From the NCBI GenBank assembly GCA_903864915.1, contig CAIPHS010000007.1:15146-79145 (forward strand): a stretch of DNA of 64,000 bases, read 5' to 3'. Shown piece after piece: positions 57,614-64,000 of the stretch. Position 1 is the first letter of the stretch. Every line of letters starts with the position of its first letter. Origin of the DNA: an uncultured Candidatus Woesearchaeota archaeon. GTDB taxonomy: Archaea; Nanobdellota; Nanobdellia; UBA10117. The position numbers were made by a program, and so were the translations under genes. A model generated the notes under the pieces. It had not been told where the DNA came from. It ran no database searches and was given only the letters and a program-made list of their open reading frames with translations.

Positions 57614-58189
57614 TTACTTCTTACCCTCTTTCTTCCCTTCAGTCTTTGGAGCTGCTTTTGGCATCTCCTTCTGTCGGGTTACACCAACAGTAGTACCCTT
57701 TCTACCAGTTGTCCTTGACCTCTGGCCTCGGACTCTCTTACCCTTAATGTGTCTGATGCCTCTGAAACTTCGGATTTTCTTCAGGAACTTTATATCCAGA
57801 CTTTGCTGGAAGGTGAGATTAGAACCAACCAAATGCTTGTCAACGCCCGTTTCCAGGTCCTTTCTCCTGTTCAGCATCCAAATAGGAATGCCATATTTTT
57901 CAGGGTGCTGCATGCAATCTTCAATCTTGGCTATTTCAGGTTCTGACAAATTTCCAACCTTCTCATTCCTAACAAGGCCAAGAACATGGCAGATTGCATT
58001 AGAAAGCATGAAATCGATGCCTTTGACTTTAGTCAAGGCAAGATAAATAGACTCTTCACCATCTACGTCCTTGTCCACGATTCTTAACAGTGACCTGAAT
58101 TCCTTTCCCGGAACCGAAGCTTTGCTTTGGTGAGGCGCAGCTGAACTCTGTTCAGGTTGTGCTTCTTTTGGTTTGACTTCTTCAGCCAT
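57614..58189 (-). CDS. rps13: 30S ribosomal protein S13 (with N-terminal extension)
   Basis: EFRSLLRIVDKDVDG...RGIRHIKGKRVRGQRSRTTGRKG. Confidence 0.85.
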   Translation of the reverse strand: MAEEVKPKEAQPEQSSAAPHQSKASVPGKEFRSLLRIVDKDVDGEESIYLALTKVKGIDFMLSNAICHVLGLVRNEKVGNLSEPEIAKIEDCMQHPEKYGIPIWMLNRRKDLETGVDKHLVGSNLTFQQSLDIKFLKKIRSFRGIRHIKGKRVRGQRSRTTGRKGTTVGVTRQKEMPKAAPKTEGKKEGKK

Positions 58190-58299
58190 TTTGTAAGATA
58201 AAACTGCAAACAGAACACAAAGATTTTGTGCTGCGTTTACAGCAACCTACTGACGTAGGACTTCTAAAGTCAGCTCAAATGGTGGCTTTTTAAAGGTTT

Positions 58300-59316
58300 T
58301 TACTGCAATCCCACCATACTCAAAATTTTGTGGTTGATGTGTGGTATTCGTATTAATGCTGGCATAAGAAGATAACAGAGTTTTGTAAGATACGGTCGTG
58401 TCGCAATTATTTTGCGGGTTTTTTCCTGCGCGGCTTTAATTTTTAATAGCTCTTCGATTTGGGTGAAATCGTATTTAGAACTTAGAATTCCTCGTGCAAC
58501 TTCTTCCCCGCTGATGATTGCAGGGCCTATGCCTTTGCCCGTAAGGTCCATTATAAAACCTGCTGCATCTCCAACCAAAAACACGTTCTTGAACTTAAAA
58601 CCCTCATATGACATATTTAATGGTGCTGCAATCAGTTTCTTTCCTTTGATTTTATATCCTTTTTCAGCGCACCACTCATCTAAATTCGTTCTAATTTCTG
58701 CTGCCGAAATCTCATTTGAATAGCAACCAGCTCCTATCATTGCTGAATTTTTGTAAGGAAAAATCCATGCGAAAAGAGAACCGAAAAGCTTTCTGTTGAA
58801 TATAAATTCCAAGTCTTTAAAGCGACCTTTGACTTCGTACTCCATGCAGATAGCCCATTTATTGGATTTTAGGCCAAGGTATTCGCGAACAATTGACGCA
58901 CTTCCATCTGCGCCTATCAAGAATTTGAAAGGGATTTTTTCTTTTCCAACTTTCACAAAATTTTTGCTAATTTCTGTGACTTTTGCGTTGTATCTGATTT
59001 CAGCGCCTGCTTTTTGTGCTTGTTTCGCTTGAAATTTTCCCAAGTTTGTTCTGCGAACCGTGCACATTATTTTTCCAGAATCTTTTAGCGAGACTTCTGT
59101 GCCCTCAAGATTTAGTAATACTCGATTGAATTGCCGCTCTAGAATGGATTTGGGAATTCCGTAGCTGAGTTCCAAATTAGTTAGACCACCAGCACAAACT
59201 TTCAAGCCTGGAATCTCGTTTTTCTCTAGAACCAAAACGTCTTTTCCTGCTTCTGCCAGCATTTTTGCTGCAGCCAGCCCTCCAGGGCCTGCTCCCACTA
59301 TAACAATTTCTGGCAT
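58300..59316 (-). CDS. geranylgeranyl reductase family flavoprotein
   Basis: IVIVGAGPGGLAAAKMLAEAGKDVLVLEK FAD fold. GGR-like C-terminus. Confidence 0.8.
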   Translation of the reverse strand: MPEIVIVGAGPGGLAAAKMLAEAGKDVLVLEKNEIPGLKVCAGGLTNLELSYGIPKSILERQFNRVLLNLEGTEVSLKDSGKIMCTVRRTNLGKFQAKQAQKAGAEIRYNAKVTEISKNFVKVGKEKIPFKFLIGADGSASIVREYLGLKSNKWAICMEYEVKGRFKDLEFIFNRKLFGSLFAWIFPYKNSAMIGAGCYSNEISAAEIRTNLDEWCAEKGYKIKGKKLIAAPLNMSYEGFKFKNVFLVGDAAGFIMDLTGKGIGPAIISGEEVARGILSSKYDFTQIEELLKIKAAQEKTRKIIATRPYLTKLCYLLMPALIRIPHINHKILSMVGLQ

Positions 59317-59354
59317 ACAACCACAAATTGCAGGACTTTAATAAAAGTTGTGAA

Positions 59355-59480
59355 CGCCGAGGCTGGGATTTGAACCCAGACACCCTTGCGGGAACAAGCT
59401 CTCGAGACCTTATTCCAGGCGTACGCTCGTTTTAATTTCTTAAAAACGATTTGCGCGCTACCAGGTTACGCGACCTCGGC
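59355..59480 (-). tRNA. atypical tRNA-like gene (126 nt; intron-containing or degenerate; anticodon not assignable)
   Basis: Perfect 7-bp acceptor GCCGAGG/CCTCGGC. D-arm GCGT-AACCTGGTA-GCGC. T-arm CTGGG-TTCAAAT-CCCAG. Discriminator G. About 52 extra nt including a CGTTTT-TAAGAAATT-AAAACG hairpin. No contiguous 5-7-5 anticodon arm. Confidence 0.5.
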
Positions 59481-59496
59481 ATGCCTAACGGGTATT

Positions 59497-60225
59497 TTAG
59501 CCAGTTAAAAGACTTTCTTTCAGTCTTAAATATTTAACTTTGTGATTCAAACCTATTTCATTCAGAAATTTCTGTCTGCTCTTTTTCATAGATATTATCA
59601 AGATATGATTAACCGACCATTTTGGATTTTTGGGCGAATAACTATATATTTTAGATTCGATATGAAATAAAGACAAAAGTTTCTGTACATCTCGAATGCC
59701 TTTTTCATTTACGGTTTGCACCCTAATAACTTTACTAGTTATGTACCCTTCGGCATCAAAAAAAGCTCTTAGCCATTCCTTCAGCAATTGCTTACTATTC
59801 ATAATAAAACTCGGTATAGACCAGGTTTTAACACCAAAAGCAGCGTGTTTGAGTAAATCTTCGACCACTATTTTTGAATTAAAACGAACACTATAGAAAT
59901 TATTATGTTCTCTAATTGTTGGGGCTATATTATAAACTGTTTTAAGTGCGGCTATGAACGGCGATAACAATGATGAATGATCTGGATAAAACCCCACCTC
60001 ATTATGAAAACCGCGACCTTTCTCTTCGCGAATACCAACGTGACCATCACCTGCTAAATATCCAAATACTAGAGCTTTAAGACGTAATTTATTTTTAGAA
60101 TTATTATTTATCCGCGCTCGCTCTTTGGCTTGGCGTTTTTGCCAGTATGCAAGAACATTAGCTCTATTCCTCTCTCTAAATCGCATCTGATTATTAGGAA
60201 GGCGCAGTATTTTAATATAGCGCAT
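59497..60225 (-). CDS. double-motif LAGLIDADG homing endonuclease
   Basis: VFGYLAGDG (motif 1) and LRAFFDAEG (motif 2) about 95 aa apart. 242 aa. Confidence 0.65.
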   Translation of the reverse strand: MRYIKILRLPNNQMRFRERNRANVLAYWQKRQAKERARINNNSKNKLRLKALVFGYLAGDGHVGIREEKGRGFHNEVGFYPDHSSLLSPFIAALKTVYNIAPTIREHNNFYSVRFNSKIVVEDLLKHAAFGVKTWSIPSFIMNSKQLLKEWLRAFFDAEGYITSKVIRVQTVNEKGIRDVQKLLSLFHIESKIYSYSPKNPKWSVNHILIISMKKSRQKFLNEIGLNHKVKYLRLKESLLTG

Positions 60226-60265
60226 TACCAGCGAGTTAAGAAATTAATACTCAACAAAGTCGAGA

Positions 60266-60287
60266 TACCAGGTTATGCGACCTCGGC
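60266..60287 (-). repeat. 22-nt partial copy (21/22) of the tRNA-like 5' end (GCCGAGGTCGCATAACCTGGTA)
   Basis: Direct repeat of 59459..59480, flanking the homing-endonuclease gene on its upstream side. Confidence 0.7.
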
Positions 60288-60324
60288 ACAACATTACGTT
60301 CTAAAATCTGTTTAAAAGTCTTAT

Positions 60325-60978
60325 TTACAAAATTTCTGCCTTGGTTATTGTGACATTCGTTGCTGGCCTGTCATTTGCATCTGTCCTGACCTTGCCAATT
60401 TTATCGACAACATCCATGCCTTCTATGACTTTTCCGAAAGCTGGATGTTTTGAGTCGAGGAAATTATTATTCACCAAGTTTATGAAAAACTGGCTTCCAC
60501 CAGTGTTTGGGCCTGCATTCGCCATTGCAATCGTGCCTCTGTCATTCCTATTGTGGTTTGTAAACTCATCTTTGATCGTATAACCTGGGCCGCCCATGCC
60601 AGTTCCTTCAGGGTCTCCGCCCTGTATCATAAAGCCATCAATGACCCTATGGAAAATCACGCCATCATAGAATCCTTCACCTACTAGCTTCTCAAAATTG
60701 CCAGTAGTTATTGGCATGTCGCTATTCAGCTGAATTTTGATGTCGCCCATGTTTGTATGTAATACAACTACTTTTCCAGTAACAGATGTTTCCTTTTTTC
60801 CCATGATCATCCAGGCTCCAAACGCTAATATGATAATTATAATTGCTGCCGCAGCCCAAATAAGCTTGCTCTTGGGCTTGTAGTTTATTTTCCGGTCTTC
60901 TCCGCCTTTATCATTTCCGGCGGGAGCAGGATTGGAATCCCCTCCCGAATCGGGTACGGATACTTGCATGTCTTGCAT
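60325..60978 (-). CDS. membrane-anchored cyclophilin-type peptidyl-prolyl cis-trans isomerase
   Basis: Cyclophilin core [16 protein letters not shown]...GTIAMANAG...GSQFFI. N-terminal low-complexity region plus TM. Confidence 0.8.
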   Translation of the reverse strand: MQDMQVSVPDSGGDSNPAPAGNDKGGEDRKINYKPKSKLIWAAAAIIIIILAFGAWMIMGKKETSVTGKVVVLHTNMGDIKIQLNSDMPITTGNFEKLVGEGFYDGVIFHRVIDGFMIQGGDPEGTGMGGPGYTIKDEFTNHNRNDRGTIAMANAGPNTGGSQFFINLVNNNFLDSKHPAFGKVIEGMDVVDKIGKVRTDANDRPATNVTITKAEIL

Positions 60979-61094
60979 GTGAGTGTTTGTTTATCTTTGT
61001 TATAAATTAAATCAGACTTGTCAACAGGGCAGCATATGATTTCCAGCAGCTCCTTTGAAATCTCTTTTGTCATACTTGTCTTGGAAAAATACAA
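60885..61094 (-). CDS. Trm112-like zinc-ribbon protein
   Basis: [14 protein letters not shown]...[20 protein letters not shown]. Overlaps the PPIase N-terminal region by about 90 nt. Confidence 0.5.
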   Translation of the reverse strand: MYFSKTSMTKEISKELLEIICCPVDKSDLIYNKDKQTLTCKTCKYPYPIREGIPILLPPEMIKAEKTGK

Positions 61095-61105
61095 TCTTTT
61101 AAGTC

Positions 61106-61813
61106 TTACTTAGTGCCTTTCACGACCCAAAAGCCGCCACTTTTTGCAAGCACTCTTACTTCTGAAAAGAGCTTTTTCATTTCCTCAAACAGGACCTCTC
61201 CGCCTTTGGATTTTCTTGCAACTATCTGCAGGCTTCCGCCTTTATTCAGATGCTCTGGGGCGCCCTTAATCATGCACATCACTATTTCTCTGCCAGCAGT
61301 CATTGGCGGGTTCAGCAAAATCAGGTCAAATTTCTCATCCTTTATTGGTTCATAGGCATTGCCTTGCCTGGCTTTAGCATTCTTTAGCTTGTTAATCTTC
61401 AGGTTTTCAGCTGCAATCATCACAGCTCGCCTGTTGATATCTGTAAGAATCACTGAACAATTCGGGCAGGCTTTCGCGGCAACAACCCCGATCATACCAT
61501 AGCCGCAACCCAAATCAAGAATCTTGCCTTTTTCTGGCAATTCTGCGTTTTCTATCAGAAGTTTTGAAGCTGTGTCCACATCACGTGATGCAAAAATTCC
61601 AGAAGCGGACTTGAGTGTTAAATCAAAATCGCGAATGTGTGCCTTAATGGTACGTTCCCGATATGTAGATTTCGGCTCTTCAGTATAATAATATTCATTT
61701 TCGAATTCTTCATCTTTTGCCATAACGCCCATACAGCTGCTCAAGTATTTGCCTTTCGTATTCCGGCTTAAAAAATTTAAGGGGAAGTCCGATGTAGCCA
61801 TAGCTTCCATCAT
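61106..61813 (-). CDS. class I SAM methyltransferase (MTS/RsmC-type, NPPM motif), likely Trm112 partner
   Basis: [16 protein letters not shown] (motif I). [11 protein letters not shown]. True start probably the internal MAKDEEF (about 61723). Confidence 0.65.
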   Translation of the reverse strand: MMEAMATSDFPLNFLSRNTKGKYLSSCMGVMAKDEEFENEYYYTEEPKSTYRERTIKAHIRDFDLTLKSASGIFASRDVDTASKLLIENAELPEKGKILDLGCGYGMIGVVAAKACPNCSVILTDINRRAVMIAAENLKINKLKNAKARQGNAYEPIKDEKFDLILLNPPMTAGREIVMCMIKGAPEHLNKGGSLQIVARKSKGGEVLFEEMKKLFSEVRVLAKSGGFWVVKGTK

Positions 61814-62033
61814 AACCTGTTGCTATTATTCCACTCTCTAGATTCCTCATGTTTTCGCAGTTGAAAAAAAGCGTTTTATCGTCGACAAGAATGTTAACCA
61901 GACTAATAGCGCCGCCGCCCTCTGTCCTGACAAAATCTCTCTTGTCAAGCTTGCTGGTCAGCAGCTTCCTTATTTTGCTAAACTCTGTTACAATCTGCAG
62001 TTTTGCACTTGGATTTGGTTCGTATTTTCGCAT
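61710..62033 (-). CDS. hypothetical protein
   Basis: 107-aa ORF. Overlaps the N-extension of the methyltransferase ORF. Confidence 0.35.
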   Translation of the reverse strand: MRKYEPNPSAKLQIVTEFSKIRKLLTSKLDKRDFVRTEGGGAISLVNILVDDKTLFFNCENMRNLESGIIATGYDGSYGYIGLPLKFFKPEYERQILEQLYGRYGKR

Positions 62034-62034
62034 A

Positions 62035-62976
62035 TTAAATCAGCACCACGTCTGTCTTGACGGCCATACCTTTTTGAGCTTTTTCCATTTCTCTGGCATC
62101 AAGCTGTGCAATCCCTATTGCAAGCAGGTTGCTATTTGTATCAAAGACCGCGACCTCTTTATCCTTGTGTAAATCAGAAGTGTAAGCCAGAACTCCTGGT
62201 GTAAAGACTGGCGAGCCGTGCTTTATTCGTTCTGCAACCCCTACATCCACATAAACTTTTGGCAAGTGTTCAGCACCTCTTTCCAAAGGCAGAATTATTT
62301 TCCTGATGTATGCATCTTTCTTGGTTTGCAGGTATTTACTATAATTTTTCTGCACTTGTTCTAACGTCACGGAACCTTTTATCTTAAATGGGCCTGCCTG
62401 TAGTCTTCGCAGCTCAGCCATATGCCCTCCTGTTTTGAGATATTCGCCCATGTCGTGGCATAATTTCCGAATGTAAGTGCCAGCCTCGCAGCCGACTTCA
62501 AATTCTACATCCTTGCCTTTGAATTTCTTTAAAGTCAGCCAGTAGATTTCCCTAGTGCGCAGCTTTCTGGCAACTGCCGAGATGCGGGGAGGCAATTGTT
62601 CTATCTTTCCGGTAAACTTGGCAAAAGCATCGAGAACTTGCGCTTTTGTAACGGCCTTGTGAATATGCATTCTTCCCTCATAGACCTTGCCTGCTTTTGA
62701 CATTAAAGATAAAACTTTCACACCCTTGCCAACGCCAATTGGCAACACACCTGTGACCATTGGATCAAGAGTGCCTGCATGGCCGACCTTTGGCTGCTCC
62801 AGCAAAGACCGTATCCTGTTGCCAACCTGTATCGATTTAGGTCCGCTTGGCTTGTCAATAATTATCAACCCGGCATTAAGCAACTCAGCTGCAGTTTTTG
62901 CCTTTAGTTTCTTGATTTTTGCCTTCTGCTTGAAAATCAACTTTCGTTCAACCAGCTCAAAAGGCAGTTTATTCAT
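62035..62976 (-). CDS. cbf5: H/ACA RNP pseudouridine synthase Cbf5 (TruB family with PUA)
   Basis: KVGHAGTLDPMVTGVLPIGVGKG TruB catalytic motif. C-terminal PUA. Start at MNKLPFEL; the ORF-track start 63051 is rejected. Confidence 0.85.
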   Translation of the reverse strand: MNKLPFELVERKLIFKQKAKIKKLKAKTAAELLNAGLIIIDKPSGPKSIQVGNRIRSLLEQPKVGHAGTLDPMVTGVLPIGVGKGVKVLSLMSKAGKVYEGRMHIHKAVTKAQVLDAFAKFTGKIEQLPPRISAVARKLRTREIYWLTLKKFKGKDVEFEVGCEAGTYIRKLCHDMGEYLKTGGHMAELRRLQAGPFKIKGSVTLEQVQKNYSKYLQTKKDAYIRKIILPLERGAEHLPKVYVDVGVAERIKHGSPVFTPGVLAYTSDLHKDKEVAVFDTNSNLLAIGIAQLDAREMEKAQKGMAVKTDVVLI

Positions 62977-63069
62977 AAAACCAAAACCAAAATTCCAAAT
63001 TAAAGCTTTGCCTATTGTAACCCAGCAAAAATAAATCATATTTATATGCAAAAAAACTGAGTTTATGCT

Positions 63070-63558
63070 ATGGCTAAGAGAAAAGAGAGAATCGGAGTAT
63101 TTGAGGCGAATCCCGAGAAGGCTTCTGCGAAAGTTAGCATCAATACATTCATGATTGGAAGCTTATTCATGATATTAACTATTGTTTGGACTTTGAACCC
63201 TGAGAAATTCAGCATATTAATAATGGCTCAGCTTGTTTTGGCAATTCCTCTTTTGTTTGTTTCCAGCCTTGCTTATGCAAAGATTGGCTATTGGAAAGAA
63301 CACAAACTCTGGGACACATATGGATGGTTTACTAACAACTTTGGCAATCTTCTTGTTTTAAACGTGGTTGGGCTGATGACTGCAACAATTTTTAGGAGCA
63401 TAGCGCTTGCGTATTTCGCACTGATAATAATGTTAATGTTCACCTACTCCATGATTAACATCAAATATAACCCGCACAAAATGACTGAAAAAATATTAAA
63501 ATTCCTCTTTTTGTTGGCAATAATATTTTTGGGCGGAGTTCTGCCAATATCAATTTGA
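63070..63558 (+). CDS. membrane protein
   Basis: Four TM helices. Confidence 0.45.
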   Translation: MAKRKERIGVFEANPEKASAKVSINTFMIGSLFMILTIVWTLNPEKFSILIMAQLVLAIPLLFVSSLAYAKIGYWKEHKLWDTYGWFTNNFGNLLVLNVVGLMTATIFRSIALAYFALIIMLMFTYSMINIKYNPHKMTEKILKFLFLLAIIFLGGVLPISI

Positions 63559-63562
63559 GAAT

Positions 63563-63913
63563 TTAGGCCTTGGCTTTCTTTGGCTTCTCTGCCTTGTGCT
63601 TGGCTTTTTTCTCTTCCTTCTTTGCAACAGGCTTTGCCGTGGCTTTTGGCTTTGGTGCTTTTGGCGGAGATTTCTTCTCCAGTTTAATGCCAAAGTTTTC
63701 AAGAGCTTTCAAAACTTCTTCGTGAGTCACACCTTTCTTGATGTCTGCCTTGTGCGGCAGGAGTTCAAGATGGGTGATGTTGCACTTCCTTCGCCTTGTG
63801 TTTCCATCAATCATAACAAAGTTCTTGTCTTGGATGTCAACAATTATACACTCTTTTCCGGCATCTCTGCCAGCAATTTTAACACATAATCTTCCAACTT
63901 CAATAGCTGCCAT
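63563..63913 (-). CDS. rpl14e: 50S ribosomal protein L14e (KOW) with Lys/Ala-rich C-terminal tail
   Basis: MAAIEVGRLCVKIAGRDAGKECIIVDI KOW motif. Confidence 0.75.
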   Translation of the reverse strand: MAAIEVGRLCVKIAGRDAGKECIIVDIQDKNFVMIDGNTRRRKCNITHLELLPHKADIKKGVTHEEVLKALENFGIKLEKKSPPKAPKPKATAKPVAKKEEKKAKHKAEKPKKAKA

Positions 63914-64000
63914 TTTACACCTTCACAAATTGTCTGTAATGTATCGGAACATCATCTGCTTTTGCAATCTTGTACTTCACCCGTGCTTTCCAGACCAATA

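Noticed and set aside
59459-59500. Similarity between GGTATCTCGAC (after the upstream 22-mer) and GGTCTCGAG inside the tRNA-like gene, considered as a possible exon junction
   Set aside because: Removing the intervening segment does not yield a foldable D-arm or anticodon arm. Treated as coincidence.
1-64000. CRISPR arrays, rRNA genes, transposase/integrase genes
   Set aside because: No regularly spaced direct repeats of 25-40 nt, no rRNA-like conserved segments, and no recognisable integrase or transposase motifs were seen. The only mobile-type gene is the LAGLIDADG ORF.

Overview
This 64-kb window is archaeal chromosomal DNA. The markers are RpoN, TFE, Cbf5, L14e, L18e, GatD/GatE, Elp3, TrmB regulators, KaiC-like ATPases and FtsZ. 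GC is roughly 40-45% and Shine-Dalgarno (GGAGG) start contexts are used heavily. Coding density is high on both strands, with frequent ATGA stop/start overlaps. Recognisable housekeeping genes: FtsZ, ATP-dependent DNA ligase, Elp3 plus a GNAT protein, TrxB plus a glutaredoxin-like protein, a class-III aminotransferase, GatD/GatE, SppA, two M50/S2P proteases, a rhomboid protease, a Dph6-like PP-loop ATPase, geranylgeranyl reductase, cyclophilin, and a ribosomal/RNAP cluster (S13-S4-S11-RpoD-tRNA-Leu-L18e-L13-S9 ... RpoN). There is also a tRNA-Gln. Most unusual features: (1) a compact ~9-kb cassette of 18 co-directional, translationally coupled genes (45.6-54.5 kb) encoded opposite to, and splitting, the conserved rpsI-rpoN linkage. 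It carries a membrane GT2 glycosyltransferase, PIN-like, AbrB-like, TPR-like, Cys-peptidase-like and HExxH proteins and a tandem HTH paralog pair. Its gene junctions show a recurrent GGAGGCCAGCTAAAATG-type sequence. (2) A minus-strand signalling operon: degenerate KaiC-like, PAS sensor, Roadblock/LC7, and a KaiC-like domain fused to a small GTPase. (3) A double-motif LAGLIDADG homing-endonuclease gene wedged between an atypical 126-nt tRNA-like gene and a 22-nt copy of that tRNA's 5' end. (4) An array of paralogous secreted S/T/N-rich surface proteins with duplicated promoter elements. (5) Two tandem tiny basic-protein genes missed by the ORF track, a low-GC HTH gene, a 4-kb block of unannotatable genes (31.6-35.9 kb), several palindromic/direct-repeat regulatory sites, and a GC-hairpin-rich candidate small RNA downstream of ftsZ. 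No CRISPR array or rRNA gene is present.
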